Assembly (NCBI GenBank): GCA_016432485.1
Contig: CP066691.1
Coordinates: 153,294-217,293 of the forward strand
Direction of reading: 5' to 3'
Origin: Candidatus Niyogibacteria bacterium
GTDB lineage: Bacteria > Patescibacteriota > Minisyncoccia > HO2-45-28
DNA: 64,000 nt
Shown: positions 19,705 through 28,616 of the stretch, piece by piece
Numbering within the stretch: position 1 is the stretch's first letter
Layout of the letters: every line of letters begins with the position of its first letter
Notes under the pieces: model-generated
The model's input: only the letters and a program-made list of their open reading frames with translations
The model's database searches: none
What the model was told of the DNA's origin: nothing
Made by a program: the position numbers and the translations under genes

Positions 19705-20214
19705 TTATTGTTTAATTTCTTTGAAAATCTCATCTGGCGACTTACCCGTGGCATCTATAATTTCTATACCTAATTCCCTTGCTTTCTGCTCGATTTCTTC
19801 GGCGTACTTTAGGGCATTCTCAAGCTGATAATCAGTCCGTCCCATCGGATTTTCTCTTGATTCATGGCGAAGATTCTCTGTAAGTACTTGTCGCTCTACT
19901 TTCAGAAAATACACCTTATCGAATAAATCGGTAACATTAAATACATTTCCCGATAATCCGAATAAATATATCTCGTCTTGCTTCCTTAGATAATCTTTCA
20001 GAAATTCCTTGTTCCAAAGAAATTCATGATTATTCAGAAATTCCTTATCGGCGTCTTCCGGATATTCAACTTCTTTTCCATCGTTATCGAACCAACTAGA
20101 TAAATCGAGAACTAAATCAGCATCAATAGCGTTAATCCCGCCCTTTCGTAACTCCGCCGAAATATACGTCTTTCCTGAGCCAGATGGACCAATTATTAGG
20201 ATTTTCTTTTTCAT
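19705..20214 (-). CDS. P-loop nucleoside/nucleotide kinase-like (AAA family) protein
   Basis: ILIIGPSGSGKT Walker A at the N-terminus; IDAD; IIDAT. Confidence 0.75.
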   Translation of the reverse strand: MKKKILIIGPSGSGKTYISAELRKGGINAIDADLVLDLSSWFDNDGKEVEYPEDADKEFLNNHEFLWNKEFLKDYLRKQDEIYLFGLSGNVFNVTDLFDKVYFLKVERQVLTENLRHESRENPMGRTDYQLENALKYAEEIEQKARELGIEIIDATGKSPDEIFKEIKQ

Positions 20215-20333
20215 AAATATGCTCTTACGCTCCGTGACATCTTTTATATCCCAGCACTAGAACCTTACGGTTCAGTGCGGGACTGCGCTCGCGCAAGGTC
20301 GCTAATTGTATTCGCTTCGCTTGTTTCTTTCCC

Positions 20334-20416
20334 CTACAGACCTTTTCCATGGCAATGTTTAAATTTTTTTGGACGGCCGTCGACATTGGTCGCTCCGCAC
20401 GGGCAGGGGTCGTTGT
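20334..20416 (-). pseudogene. Orphan alternative SecA SEC-C tail (NDPCPCGATNVDGRPKKFKHCHGKGL*)
   Basis: Hand translation directly after the hicA stop; no start codon; sequence differs from the resident secA tail. Confidence 0.8.
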
Positions 20417-20611
20417 TTATTTTCTGCGAATTGGGGAGATACCGAGATCCTTGCAGATTTTTTCTGCAAGAAAATCGTTGATGTCGTTGTGGCGCGGAAC
20501 CGATGAGGTGCGTTGTGATACGGGATTAAGAAAAAGTGAGTGTTTTCTCCCTTCGCGAATCAAAAGACATTTATACTCACGCAAATATTTTAAGAGCGCA
20601 AGCCGCTTCAT
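20417..20611 (-). CDS. hicA: HicA-family toxin
   Basis: LIREGRKHSLF..SVPRHNDI..LAEKICKDLGI. Confidence 0.9.
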   Translation of the reverse strand: MKRLALLKYLREYKCLLIREGRKHSLFLNPVSQRTSSVPRHNDINDFLAEKICKDLGISPIRRK

Positions 20612-20616
20612 AGAAG

Positions 20617-20841
20617 CTATGCAGGAACGGCGATGCGTACTGCTTCTCGTTTGCTGTCCAACGCCTTTCCTGACGCAAGCGCGCGATTTACTTCCAAAAC
20701 CATCTGGAGTGCTTCTTTAAGATTTTCTTTAGCCTCCTTGAGCGACCGTCCTTGAGTATTAATGCCCGGAATTTCTTCAATCCACGCCACCGTCCACTTG
20801 CCGCGCTTTTGATATACCGCCGTAAATTCTCGTTTGTTCAT
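20617..20841 (-). CDS. hicB: HicB-family antitoxin
   Basis: EEIPGINTQGRSLKEAKENLKEAL; upstream of hicA. Confidence 0.9.
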   Translation of the reverse strand: MNKREFTAVYQKRGKWTVAWIEEIPGINTQGRSLKEAKENLKEALQMVLEVNRALASGKALDSKREAVRIAVPA

Positions 20842-20997
20842 AGTTTTAATATAACAAGATCCTTTGTTTTTGCAACCCTACGCTCCATGACACTTCTACA
20901 CTTTTAATACTGTCACGCAGGAGTTTTCTTTATTTTAAGGCACTTTTCTAACTTGCGAACTGTTGAATTTGCCTAAAAACAGAAAATGTCATGCGGA

Positions 20998-21645
20998 TTA
21001 CTTCTGATTAATTTCTGCTTCCTCAACGGCTATTAAATGCATTAGACGATTCAAGTAACTTTGTGCTTTCTCTTTTGATTTATCATCCGTAATTTTGCCG
21101 ATCGCGCTTTGCAGGGCAGTCTCATTAAAACACCTCTTCACTGCATCCTTCTCTATTTTCAGTGCTGGAAAATCTTCGAAGTATTTCAGCTTATCAGCCG
21201 TATCGTAAGCGAAGTTATCCGTGCCTTCATCGATAGCAATTCCTAGATTATGCAGATTCTGAATTAAATCATGTTCGTCATAATATTGGCGTTCCCTTGC
21301 TTGCTTTTCTAATTCTCGGAGTCGTCTTTCGTCCTCGTCTGACCATTCTGCTTTTACATAAATTTTTTGTAGTTCTGTATAAAGGTCATCCAGCTTAACT
21401 TTCTCTCTTACTACCGCATTGGGTTGAGACGAAGATAAATGAATATCCACAATATTTTCTGGAAGCAAGATGTGTAAAATCTTTGTCAGGTAATATCTCG
21501 CTTTTACTAACCCCGGTGACTCTGGATGCTTATATGCACCCAAAACCCGCTCAGGATGGTGACGACTTTGATAAACTTTCTTTTCCGCCCCCTCTCCTAT
21601 AGGTTCATGTGCATCAGAAATTAATTGTTCCCAGTTTTTCTTCAT
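20998..21645 (-). CDS. Hypothetical protein, possibly a degenerate kinase-like fold
   Basis: Open 215-aa frame from MKKNW; IGEGAEKKVY resembles a kinase Gly-rich loop; DNF later. Confidence 0.6.
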   Translation of the reverse strand: MKKNWEQLISDAHEPIGEGAEKKVYQSRHHPERVLGAYKHPESPGLVKARYYLTKILHILLPENIVDIHLSSSQPNAVVREKVKLDDLYTELQKIYVKAEWSDEDERRLRELEKQARERQYYDEHDLIQNLHNLGIAIDEGTDNFAYDTADKLKYFEDFPALKIEKDAVKRCFNETALQSAIGKITDDKSKEKAQSYLNRLMHLIAVEEAEINQK

Positions 21646-21693
21646 AGATATCCTAATTTTATCATCTCTCATGACCCATGACACTTCTACTGT

Positions 21694-22086
21694 TTACTGA
21701 CTAACCCGCAGGAGAATTTTCAATCTATCTTTTATTTTTTCGTGCCAAAATTCGTATTTTTCAAGATCTTCTAACTTCAGCCAGTCATATTCTTGGTGTT
21801 CATGACTTAAGATAACATCAGGTGTATTTTCGACTCGACATAAGAAAGTAACAATATATGTTTCGCCGCTATCGCTCATGTCAACATTGAGAATGTCTTT
21901 CACCTCAAAATTCTCAATCCCAGTTTCTTCTTTAACTTCTCGTTTTAATCCTTGTAACCATCCTTCATCTTCTAATCTACCTCCTGGCAACATCCATTTA
22001 CCATCTTTTTGTAAAATCAGAATTTCCCCAGCATCGTTCTGGATAATCGCATTCTGATTTACTTTGAACAATTTATGATTTTCCAT
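21694..22086 (-). CDS. NUDIX hydrolase
   Basis: WMLPGGRLE..GLKREVKEETGI Nudix box; LSHEH. Confidence 0.9.
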   Translation of the reverse strand: MENHKLFKVNQNAIIQNDAGEILILQKDGKWMLPGGRLEDEGWLQGLKREVKEETGIENFEVKDILNVDMSDSGETYIVTFLCRVENTPDVILSHEHQEYDWLKLEDLEKYEFWHEKIKDRLKILLRVSQ

Positions 22087-22091
22087 GTTCC

Positions 22092-24662
22092 TCACGCCCC
22101 ATGACACTTTTTATATTTTTTACCAGATCCACACGGGCAGGGGTCGTTACGGCCCACTTTTCCAAATTGGCCCACGCTTTTAGCGTGGTCGCCAATTTGA
22201 GAACCCGCCGTAGCCTTGGCGAAGGCGGGTGCCGCGGCTTTGCCGTGGTCGCCAATTTGTTTGCCCGCTTCATTGTGGACGGTTTCCAAAATCATCTTTT
22301 CTTGTTTCGGAGCTTCCTCGCCTATTTTAAGAGCGATATCAGCCACATGATTTTCAATGGCGTCCTCAAGTTCGTGAAAAAGGCGCGCGGCTTCATTTTT
22401 ATATTCCACCAGCGGATCGCGCTGACCGTAAGCGCGAAGTCCGACTGAAGAACGCATATATTCCATAATTTCCAGATGCTCAATCCAAAAATGATCTATG
22501 GTCTGCAGCCATAAAAATTTAAGAGATAAGGCCAGTTTATCTTTATCGGCTTCGCGCGCTTTTTGCGTAAATTTTACTTTTTCGGCTTCATCCAAAAAAA
22601 GCTCTTTAGTTCGCGCGAAAATATCTTCCGGTCCGGCAAACAATGATTCGCTTCTTTTGCGATAAATCGCCGCGCGATGCTTATTCATCACATCATCGTA
22701 TTCCAAAAGATGTTTCCGGGCGTCAAAATTAAAACCCTCCACTTTGGCCTGCGCCGATTCAAGCGACCTAGAGACCAGTTTGTTCTCAATCGCCTCGTCT
22801 TCCGGTATGCCGAAGGTCTTCATCATATTTTTAATGCGTTCCGACCCGAATATGCGCAGCAGATTATCGTCAAAAGACACGAAAAACTGGGTTTCTCCCG
22901 GATCGCCTTGTCTTCCTGAACGACCTCTTAACTGATTATCAATCCTGCGAGCGTCATGGCGTTCGGTGCCCAAGACGAACAGCCCCCCGACTTCGCGTAT
23001 TTTAGCCGCTTTCTCCGTATCAGACGGATTGCCGCCCAAAACAATGTCAACGCCGCGACCCGCCATATTGGTGGCGACGGTCACCGCGCCAACTCGTCCG
23101 GCTTGAGCGATAATCTCTCCCTCTCGTTCATGATTTTTGGCGTTTAACATCTCGTGATTAATTCCTTCTTTTTTTAAAAGCGCTGAAATGTGTTCATTTT
23201 TTTCAATTGAAGCCGTTCCGAGAAGAATCGGCTGCCCACTCTCATGCCGATTTTTTACTTCGCGAATCACCGCCTGCCATTTTCCGGATTCGGTGGCAAA
23301 AATTTTATCCGAGAGGTCTTTTCTAATCAACGGTTTATTGGTCGGGATAACCGCGACTTCCAAATTATAGACCTTGCCGAACTCTTCGGCCGAAGTAACC
23401 GCGGTTCCGGTCATTCCGGAAAGTTTTTTATAAAGCCGGAAATAATTCTGAAAAGTAATTGAAGCGACTGTCCGCGATTCTTTTTGAATCGGCGCTCTTT
23501 CTTTGGCTTCAACGGCCTGATGCAGACCTTCTGACCAACGGCGTCCCGGCATAAGACGCCCCGTAAACTCGTCAACAATTATCACCTCGCCGTTTTTCAC
23601 CACATAATCCTTATCAAGTTTATAGAGCGCTTTAGCCCGCAGGGCCTGCTCCATATGATGGACATATTTCACTCCTCCTTCGGCATAAATATTTTTTATT
23701 CCCAGCGTCTTTTCTACCCGACTTATACCTTCTTCGGTTATGGAGGAAGCGCGCATTTTTTCATCAATCGTATAATCGCGCCCTTCCCGGAGCCCTTCAA
23801 CGACTTGGGCGAAAAGCCGGTAAAGCTCGCCCGATTCCGAATCGGGCGCCGAAATTATCAAAGGAGTGCGCGATTCGTCAATTAAAATGGAGTCCACTTC
23901 GTCAACGATGGCAAAATTATGCCCCCGCTGGCTCATTTGCTCGGGGCTATAGGCCAAATTGTCCCGCAAATAGTCAAATCCGAATTCATTGTTAGTGCCG
24001 TAAGTTATGTCGGCTCTATAGGCCTCTTTTCTTGAACACGGCCGCAGATATTCATGAACAACCTTAAACGCTCCAAGAGTATCGCGGGTTTCGTCTTTGG
24101 TTATTGTTTCTTGGTTATTGGTTATTTTTGAATTTTGAAAATTCGGGTCATAAATAAAACTTTGTTCGTGGTTGATGCACCCCACGCTCATCCCAAGCAA
24201 ATGATATATCTGCCCCATCCAAACGGCATCGCGGCGCGCCAGATAATCATTGACTGTAACAATATGCACTCCCTTTCCGGCAAGCGCGTTTAAATAGGCG
24301 GGAAGTGTGGCCACAAGGGTTTTGCCTTCTCCTGTTTTCATCTCGGCGATGCGCCCTTGATGCAAAATAATTCCGCCCAAAAGCTGAACGTCAAAATGAC
24401 GCTGCCCCAAGGTTCGTTTGGCTGATTCGCGAACGAGCGCGAAGGCATCTGCCAAAATCTCTTGAAGAGATTTTGGCAACCCCGAGCCTGTCGAGGGGCG
24501 GCTTTTTATGGCGCTTCTTAACTCCTCGGTTTTTGCGCCCAGTTCTTCGTCCGAAAGTTTTTCAAATTCCGGCTCAAGCGAATTTATTTTTGAAATCAAT
24601 GGCTTTAATTTAGCCAAAAAGCGGGCGTTGGAATCGCCTAATATTTTTGAAAAAAAAGTCAT
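22092..24662 (-). CDS. secA: Preprotein translocase ATPase SecA
   Basis: [43 protein letters not shown]-terminal [19 protein letters not shown]. Confidence 0.98.
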   Translation of the reverse strand: MTFFSKILGDSNARFLAKLKPLISKINSLEPEFEKLSDEELGAKTEELRSAIKSRPSTGSGLPKSLQEILADAFALVRESAKRTLGQRHFDVQLLGGIILHQGRIAEMKTGEGKTLVATLPAYLNALAGKGVHIVTVNDYLARRDAVWMGQIYHLLGMSVGCINHEQSFIYDPNFQNSKITNNQETITKDETRDTLGAFKVVHEYLRPCSRKEAYRADITYGTNNEFGFDYLRDNLAYSPEQMSQRGHNFAIVDEVDSILIDESRTPLIISAPDSESGELYRLFAQVVEGLREGRDYTIDEKMRASSITEEGISRVEKTLGIKNIYAEGGVKYVHHMEQALRAKALYKLDKDYVVKNGEVIIVDEFTGRLMPGRRWSEGLHQAVEAKERAPIQKESRTVASITFQNYFRLYKKLSGMTGTAVTSAEEFGKVYNLEVAVIPTNKPLIRKDLSDKIFATESGKWQAVIREVKNRHESGQPILLGTASIEKNEHISALLKKEGINHEMLNAKNHEREGEIIAQAGRVGAVTVATNMAGRGVDIVLGGNPSDTEKAAKIREVGGLFVLGTERHDARRIDNQLRGRSGRQGDPGETQFFVSFDDNLLRIFGSERIKNMMKTFGIPEDEAIENKLVSRSLESAQAKVEGFNFDARKHLLEYDDVMNKHRAAIYRKRSESLFAGPEDIFARTKELFLDEAEKVKFTQKAREADKDKLALSLKFLWLQTIDHFWIEHLEIMEYMRSSVGLRAYGQRDPLVEYKNEAARLFHELEDAIENHVADIALKIGEEAPKQEKMILETVHNEAGKQIGDHGKAAAPAFAKATAGSQIGDHAKSVGQFGKVGRNDPCPCGSGKKYKKCHGA

Positions 24663-24670
24663 TTATGGGT

Positions 24671-25990
24671 TTATATAATTTTTCTTTCCTTAAGCGCGGC
24701 TCTCAATTCATCTTTAATTCTTTCGGGCAATTCGTAGCGAACGCGGGTTGACGGCTGTTTTATTTTGATAAATCGGCCAAGGTCAATGGGAGTAGCCACG
24801 ATCACCGCGTCACTTTCCGCTTTATTTAAAGTTTCTTCCAGTTCTTTGATTTGTTTTTCGCCATAGCCAAGCGCGGGCAAAACGCATTCCAGATGAGGAT
24901 ATTTGGCAAACGCTTCGCGTATTCCGCCGAGAGCGTAAGGCCGCGGGTCAACTATCCTTGAGGCCTGATATTTTTTAGCGACAACCATGCCCGCGCCGAA
25001 TTTCATATCGCCGTGCGTGACCGTAGGCCCGTCTTCAATAACGAGTACCGCTTTGCCTCTGATGATTTCCGGATTGTCCACGGTCACGATTGATTCGCTT
25101 TTTATAACGCGCGCGGACGGATTATATTTTTTGGCGTTTTCTTCAATGCGCGCCGTTCCCTCTTCATTTGACGGATCAACTTTGTTAATGAGAATGACAT
25201 TGGACATGCGGAAATTTATCTCCCCGGGGTAATAGCCGATTTCGTGTCCGGCCCTAAAGGGATCGGCAACAACTACGCTGAAATCCGGCCTAAAAAATGG
25301 CGTATCGTTATTTCCGCCGTCCCAGACGATTATATCGGCTTCTTTTTCCGCCGCTTCCAAAACGGCCCCGTAATCAACTCCCGCAAACACCACGCTTCCC
25401 CGCGCCAAATGCGGTTCGTATTCTTCCATCTCTTCAATGGTGCAATGATGTTTTTCCAAATCCTTTATTTCGGAAAATCTTTGAACCGCCTGACTCGCAA
25501 GGTCGCTATAAGGCATCGGATGCCTGACTACGGCTACTTTTTTGCCGGCTTCGCGAAGAATTTCCACGATTCTTCTCGTGGTCTGGCTTTTGCCGCATCC
25601 GGTGCGAACCGCGGTTACCGCGACTACGGGTTTTCGGCTTTCAAGCATGGTTTGCGCGGCTCCAAGCATGGAGAAAGTAGCTCCTGATGATAAAACTCGC
25701 GAGGCAAGACGCATCACATATGTATAAGAAAGGTCGCTGTAAGACAAAACGCATTCGTCAATATCTTTTTCCTTGATTATATTTTCAAGATTATTTTCAT
25801 CTTCAATAGGAATACCGCTCGGATACAATTTCCCGGATAAGCTCGCCGGATATTTTCTTCCGGCAATTCCAGGTATTTGCGAGGCCGTGAAAGCGACGAC
25901 TTCAAAAGACCCGTTATTTTTATAAACGGTGTTAAAATTATGAAAATCTCGTCCGGCGGCTCCTAAGATTAAAATTCGCCTTTTTTTCAT
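24671..25990 (-). CDS. COG2403 P-loop protein (cyclic 2,3-diphosphoglycerate synthetase-like / arginine synthetase ArcE-like)
   Basis: GAAGRDFHNFN, AVRTGCGKS, RHPMPY, EEMEEYEPH, WDGGNND, EDGPTVTHG. Confidence 0.8.
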   Translation of the reverse strand: MKKRRILILGAAGRDFHNFNTVYKNNGSFEVVAFTASQIPGIAGRKYPASLSGKLYPSGIPIEDENNLENIIKEKDIDECVLSYSDLSYTYVMRLASRVLSSGATFSMLGAAQTMLESRKPVVAVTAVRTGCGKSQTTRRIVEILREAGKKVAVVRHPMPYSDLASQAVQRFSEIKDLEKHHCTIEEMEEYEPHLARGSVVFAGVDYGAVLEAAEKEADIIVWDGGNNDTPFFRPDFSVVVADPFRAGHEIGYYPGEINFRMSNVILINKVDPSNEEGTARIEENAKKYNPSARVIKSESIVTVDNPEIIRGKAVLVIEDGPTVTHGDMKFGAGMVVAKKYQASRIVDPRPYALGGIREAFAKYPHLECVLPALGYGEKQIKELEETLNKAESDAVIVATPIDLGRFIKIKQPSTRVRYELPERIKDELRAALKERKII

Positions 25991-26065
25991 GTCAAATTTA
26001 ATTTTAAACTATTTTTAGGGGGAATTCAACGACAAAGAAAAAAGCCGACCCCTGAGATCGGCTTT

Positions 26066-26491
26066 CTAATCAGGAAAAATTCTAACCCTTCTCCTGAAAC
26101 TTTCGGTTTTAACTTCTTTCGGCTGAAAAATCTTTTTAAGGTATTCAATTGCTTTCTTGTTTATGGCTTTTTCACCGCAGGTAAAAATATCAACCGCGAC
26201 AAATTTAAATTCGGGCCAGGTGTGAATCGCGATGTGTGATTCCGCCAAAACCACGACAATAGTGATCGCGGCTCGTGAAAATGTATGGGAAATTGATTGT
26301 CTACCGTTTTCACGAAAACCCGGACCAATTCCGCTGTGAAAGGCGGCTGCGTTCTTTACTGTTGCCCCGGCTGCTTTTGCGGCAGCAACGGCATGCTTTC
26401 TGTAAGTTCCGGCTGTTTTAAATATTCTGCGACAACCAGAAAACTCCGCTAATGTCTCTTTACCAACATGAAGCACCTCTTCCTCGCTCAT
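26066..26491 (-). CDS. speD: Pyruvoyl-dependent S-adenosylmethionine decarboxylase-family proenzyme
   Basis: LAESHIAIHTWPE cleavage motif, DIFTCG; AGGAGG SD before MSEEE. Confidence 0.85.
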   Translation of the reverse strand: MSEEEVLHVGKETLAEFSGCRRIFKTAGTYRKHAVAAAKAAGATVKNAAAFHSGIGPGFRENGRQSISHTFSRAAITIVVVLAESHIAIHTWPEFKFVAVDIFTCGEKAINKKAIEYLKKIFQPKEVKTESFRRRVRIFPD

Positions 26492-26583
26492 GACACGCCT
26501 CCTTCGGTAAAAATTCCGCAAAAAGTGCAACTGACAAAACTATAGGACAATACTGCGATAAATCAAGGTGTGGAAAACTTAAA

Positions 26584-27897
26584 TCAGCCATTTTTGCGCT
26601 CGGAACAAAATTCGCCCAGAACATGGAGCTTTTTTCTCGCGGAATTGCGAACGGATCCTCTTTCTAAAAATACGCTGAAAGCAACTCTCGCTCCAAAAAA
26701 TTCGCGGGCAAAATCAACAGCGACCTGCGGGTCAAAATCTTTACAGGTAAACAAATCAAGATACAGCGTGCCGTCCCAATAATTGCTTACATGCCCCACT
26801 ATGCTGGACGTTTCTATCAGCTGCACAAAAGACGGACCGGATGTTTTGGATTTTGCGTGGCCGAAATTGTAATACTGAAAACCGCCGAAACGCTTCATGT
26901 TTATTTTTTCACAAAGACGCTCCACAAACTCTTTGCATCTTTCTTCGGCATCAGTAATATCCAAATCGCATCCTTCAATTTCCATGATGAGTTCACAACC
27001 ATAAACCGTCTCAAGGCGCTTTTTTATGTAAGGAGGAAGCAGAAAGGCCGCTTGATGGATTTCAGGACTGTAATAGATTGTGTCCAGATTTCTCGCTTCA
27101 AAGCGCGATTTAATTTCTGAAAAATCCAAGTTTTGGGCCAAAGCTCCGGACTTAACCGCGATTACGAACCCGAAAAGTCCGCCCCAGTAAATTGGGATAG
27201 AAGAAATATAAAGCGACGCCTCGCCGAAAATGCTTTGGATGCACCGGAAATTTGACGGCGCTTCATCCGGCTGGAACTGCAGAGATCCGACTTGGCGCGC
27301 CACGATTCCGCCCGGCTTCAAGATACGATAAACATTTCTGATAAATCTGGCGTTAAAAAGGGGTGTGGACGGTCCTCCGGGATCGGTAGAGTCAATCAAA
27401 ACAAAATCGTAATGGTTATTGGGAACATTTTTCACAAATTCGGCGCCGTCTTCGGAATGAACATGCAACCTAGAATCTTTTTCCGCGCCTCCGGTGAATT
27501 CGGACATATGCTCAAGCGTAAGTTCTCCGACACGCCTATCAATATCAACCAAATCAAGATGTTCTACTGAAAGATGTTTAAAAACTTCACGGGCGATTTC
27601 GTAGTCCCCTCCGCCTATAATCAAACCTCTTTGCGGATTCGGATGCGATATCAAAGGAACGTGAGCCAGCATTTCGCCATATGGAGCGCTAAACTCCAGC
27701 ACGGACGATGTCTGGACAATGCCATCAAGAACGAGAATTTTTCCGAGACGCGCTGTGTCAAAAATCTGAAGATGCTGGAAAGGACTTTCTTCCTCCGTTA
27801 AAACTTTATTCACCTTAACCGCGTATTCGGCATTTCCGTGCAAATTTTCAATGAACCAAAGTTCGTCCCGTTTTTTTCCGTAGTTGATTAGGGGCAT
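26584..27897 (-). CDS. speE: Spermidine synthase (aminopropyltransferase) fused to a C-terminal divergent SpeD-like domain
   Basis: LDGIVQ, LIIGGGD, VDID, IDSTDP; C-terminal VQLIETSSIVGH..YLDLFTCKDFD. Confidence 0.85.
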   Translation of the reverse strand: MPLINYGKKRDELWFIENLHGNAEYAVKVNKVLTEEESPFQHLQIFDTARLGKILVLDGIVQTSSVLEFSAPYGEMLAHVPLISHPNPQRGLIIGGGDYEIAREVFKHLSVEHLDLVDIDRRVGELTLEHMSEFTGGAEKDSRLHVHSEDGAEFVKNVPNNHYDFVLIDSTDPGGPSTPLFNARFIRNVYRILKPGGIVARQVGSLQFQPDEAPSNFRCIQSIFGEASLYISSIPIYWGGLFGFVIAVKSGALAQNLDFSEIKSRFEARNLDTIYYSPEIHQAAFLLPPYIKKRLETVYGCELIMEIEGCDLDITDAEERCKEFVERLCEKINMKRFGGFQYYNFGHAKSKTSGPSFVQLIETSSIVGHVSNYWDGTLYLDLFTCKDFDPQVAVDFAREFFGARVAFSVFLERGSVRNSARKKLHVLGEFCSERKNG

Positions 27898-27968
27898 TTT
27901 TCTCCTCCTTACAAAAATGAAACAACCGCTTAAAAGTATAGCATGAAATGACAGCGACGCAAGAGGAT

Positions 27969-28301
27969 TTACCCCTGAACGCGGGTTCTTTCCTTATATT
28001 TCTTTATTTCGCTTAAAATTTCGCTTTTAACTTCGTCAACGGCGGCGCGCAAACTCTCGGCTAAACTCTCGGCTCTTATCATGCTTTTTATGCCGGGTAA
28101 ATCCAATTGCGCCTCACATCGCCATATTTTTCCTTTACTATGATGTTTGGTGGTGCGCCCCAGTTCAATATCAAAAAACAAGTCGGCTTTTTTATCAATC
28201 CCGGATATTAATTTTTCAATCGGCATAACCAGTTTTTTTTCCGCCAATATTTCAATTGACGACGTCAAATCAATATTTTTGGTTTTTAAATTCACGCGCA
28301 T
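27969..28301 (-). CDS. hpf: Ribosome hibernation promoting factor (RaiA/HPF, short form)
   Basis: KTKNIDLTSSI, RAES..SLRAAVDEV..EIKKYKER; usual position upstream of secA. Confidence 0.85.
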   Translation of the reverse strand: MRVNLKTKNIDLTSSIEILAEKKLVMPIEKLISGIDKKADLFFDIELGRTTKHHSKGKIWRCEAQLDLPGIKSMIRAESLAESLRAAVDEVKSEILSEIKKYKERTRVQG

Positions 28302-28315
28302 AATAATATTTTATT

Positions 28316-28351
28316 AAGAAAACGCCCCGATGTCCATCGGAGCGTTTTCTT
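28316..28351 (-). terminator. Intrinsic terminator hairpin after the basic peptide
   Basis: AAGAAAACGC..CCGATG/CATCGG..GCGTTTTCTT. Confidence 0.65.
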
Positions 28352-28357
28352 CGGCCG

Positions 28358-28432
28358 CTAACGGCGGCGTTTCTTGGCTTTTTTGGCCTTTTTTCCTTTC
28401 TTGGCCGCCTTTCTTTTCTTTTTCTTAGCCAT
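28358..28432 (-). CDS. 24-aa Lys/Arg-rich peptide
   Basis: Hand-translated MAKKKKRKAAKKGKKAKKAKKRRR*, followed by a terminator hairpin. Confidence 0.6.
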   Translation of the reverse strand: MAKKKKRKAAKKGKKAKKAKKRRR

Positions 28433-28616
28433 TTTTTTATTAAATTATTCGAAGCAACAAACATCGACCGCGTTATGTTCATTGTTTTCTAACAACTGCA
28501 GAGCGTAAAAAATTATAAAATTTTTTACATCTACTTGTGCAAAGTGCTTCTGATTTAATTATCGCAACTTAAAAAATGATTTACAATAAAAAATTTACGA
28601 AACTGTGGATAACTTT

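Larger units (their letters stand above)
19411..22114 (-). mobile_element. Putative gene-cassette array anchored at the secA 3' end
   Basis: Seven copies of the SecA C-terminal codons (TGYCAYRG..stop) at about 19411-19433, 19658-19678, 20225-20248, 20334-20416, 20878-20898, 21669-21689 and 22092-22114, alternating with small co-oriented genes. Confidence 0.7.

Noticed and set aside
19411-22114. Canonical integron or CRISPR interpretation of the secA repeats
   Set aside because: No intI or cas genes, no consistent RYYYAAC/GTTRRRY boxes, and the spacers are whole genes of variable length.
26485-26497. GTGTCATG at the speD start resembling the secA-array core
   Set aside because: Lacks the preceding AAG, the following GG and an inverse arm; explained by SD spacer plus ATG.
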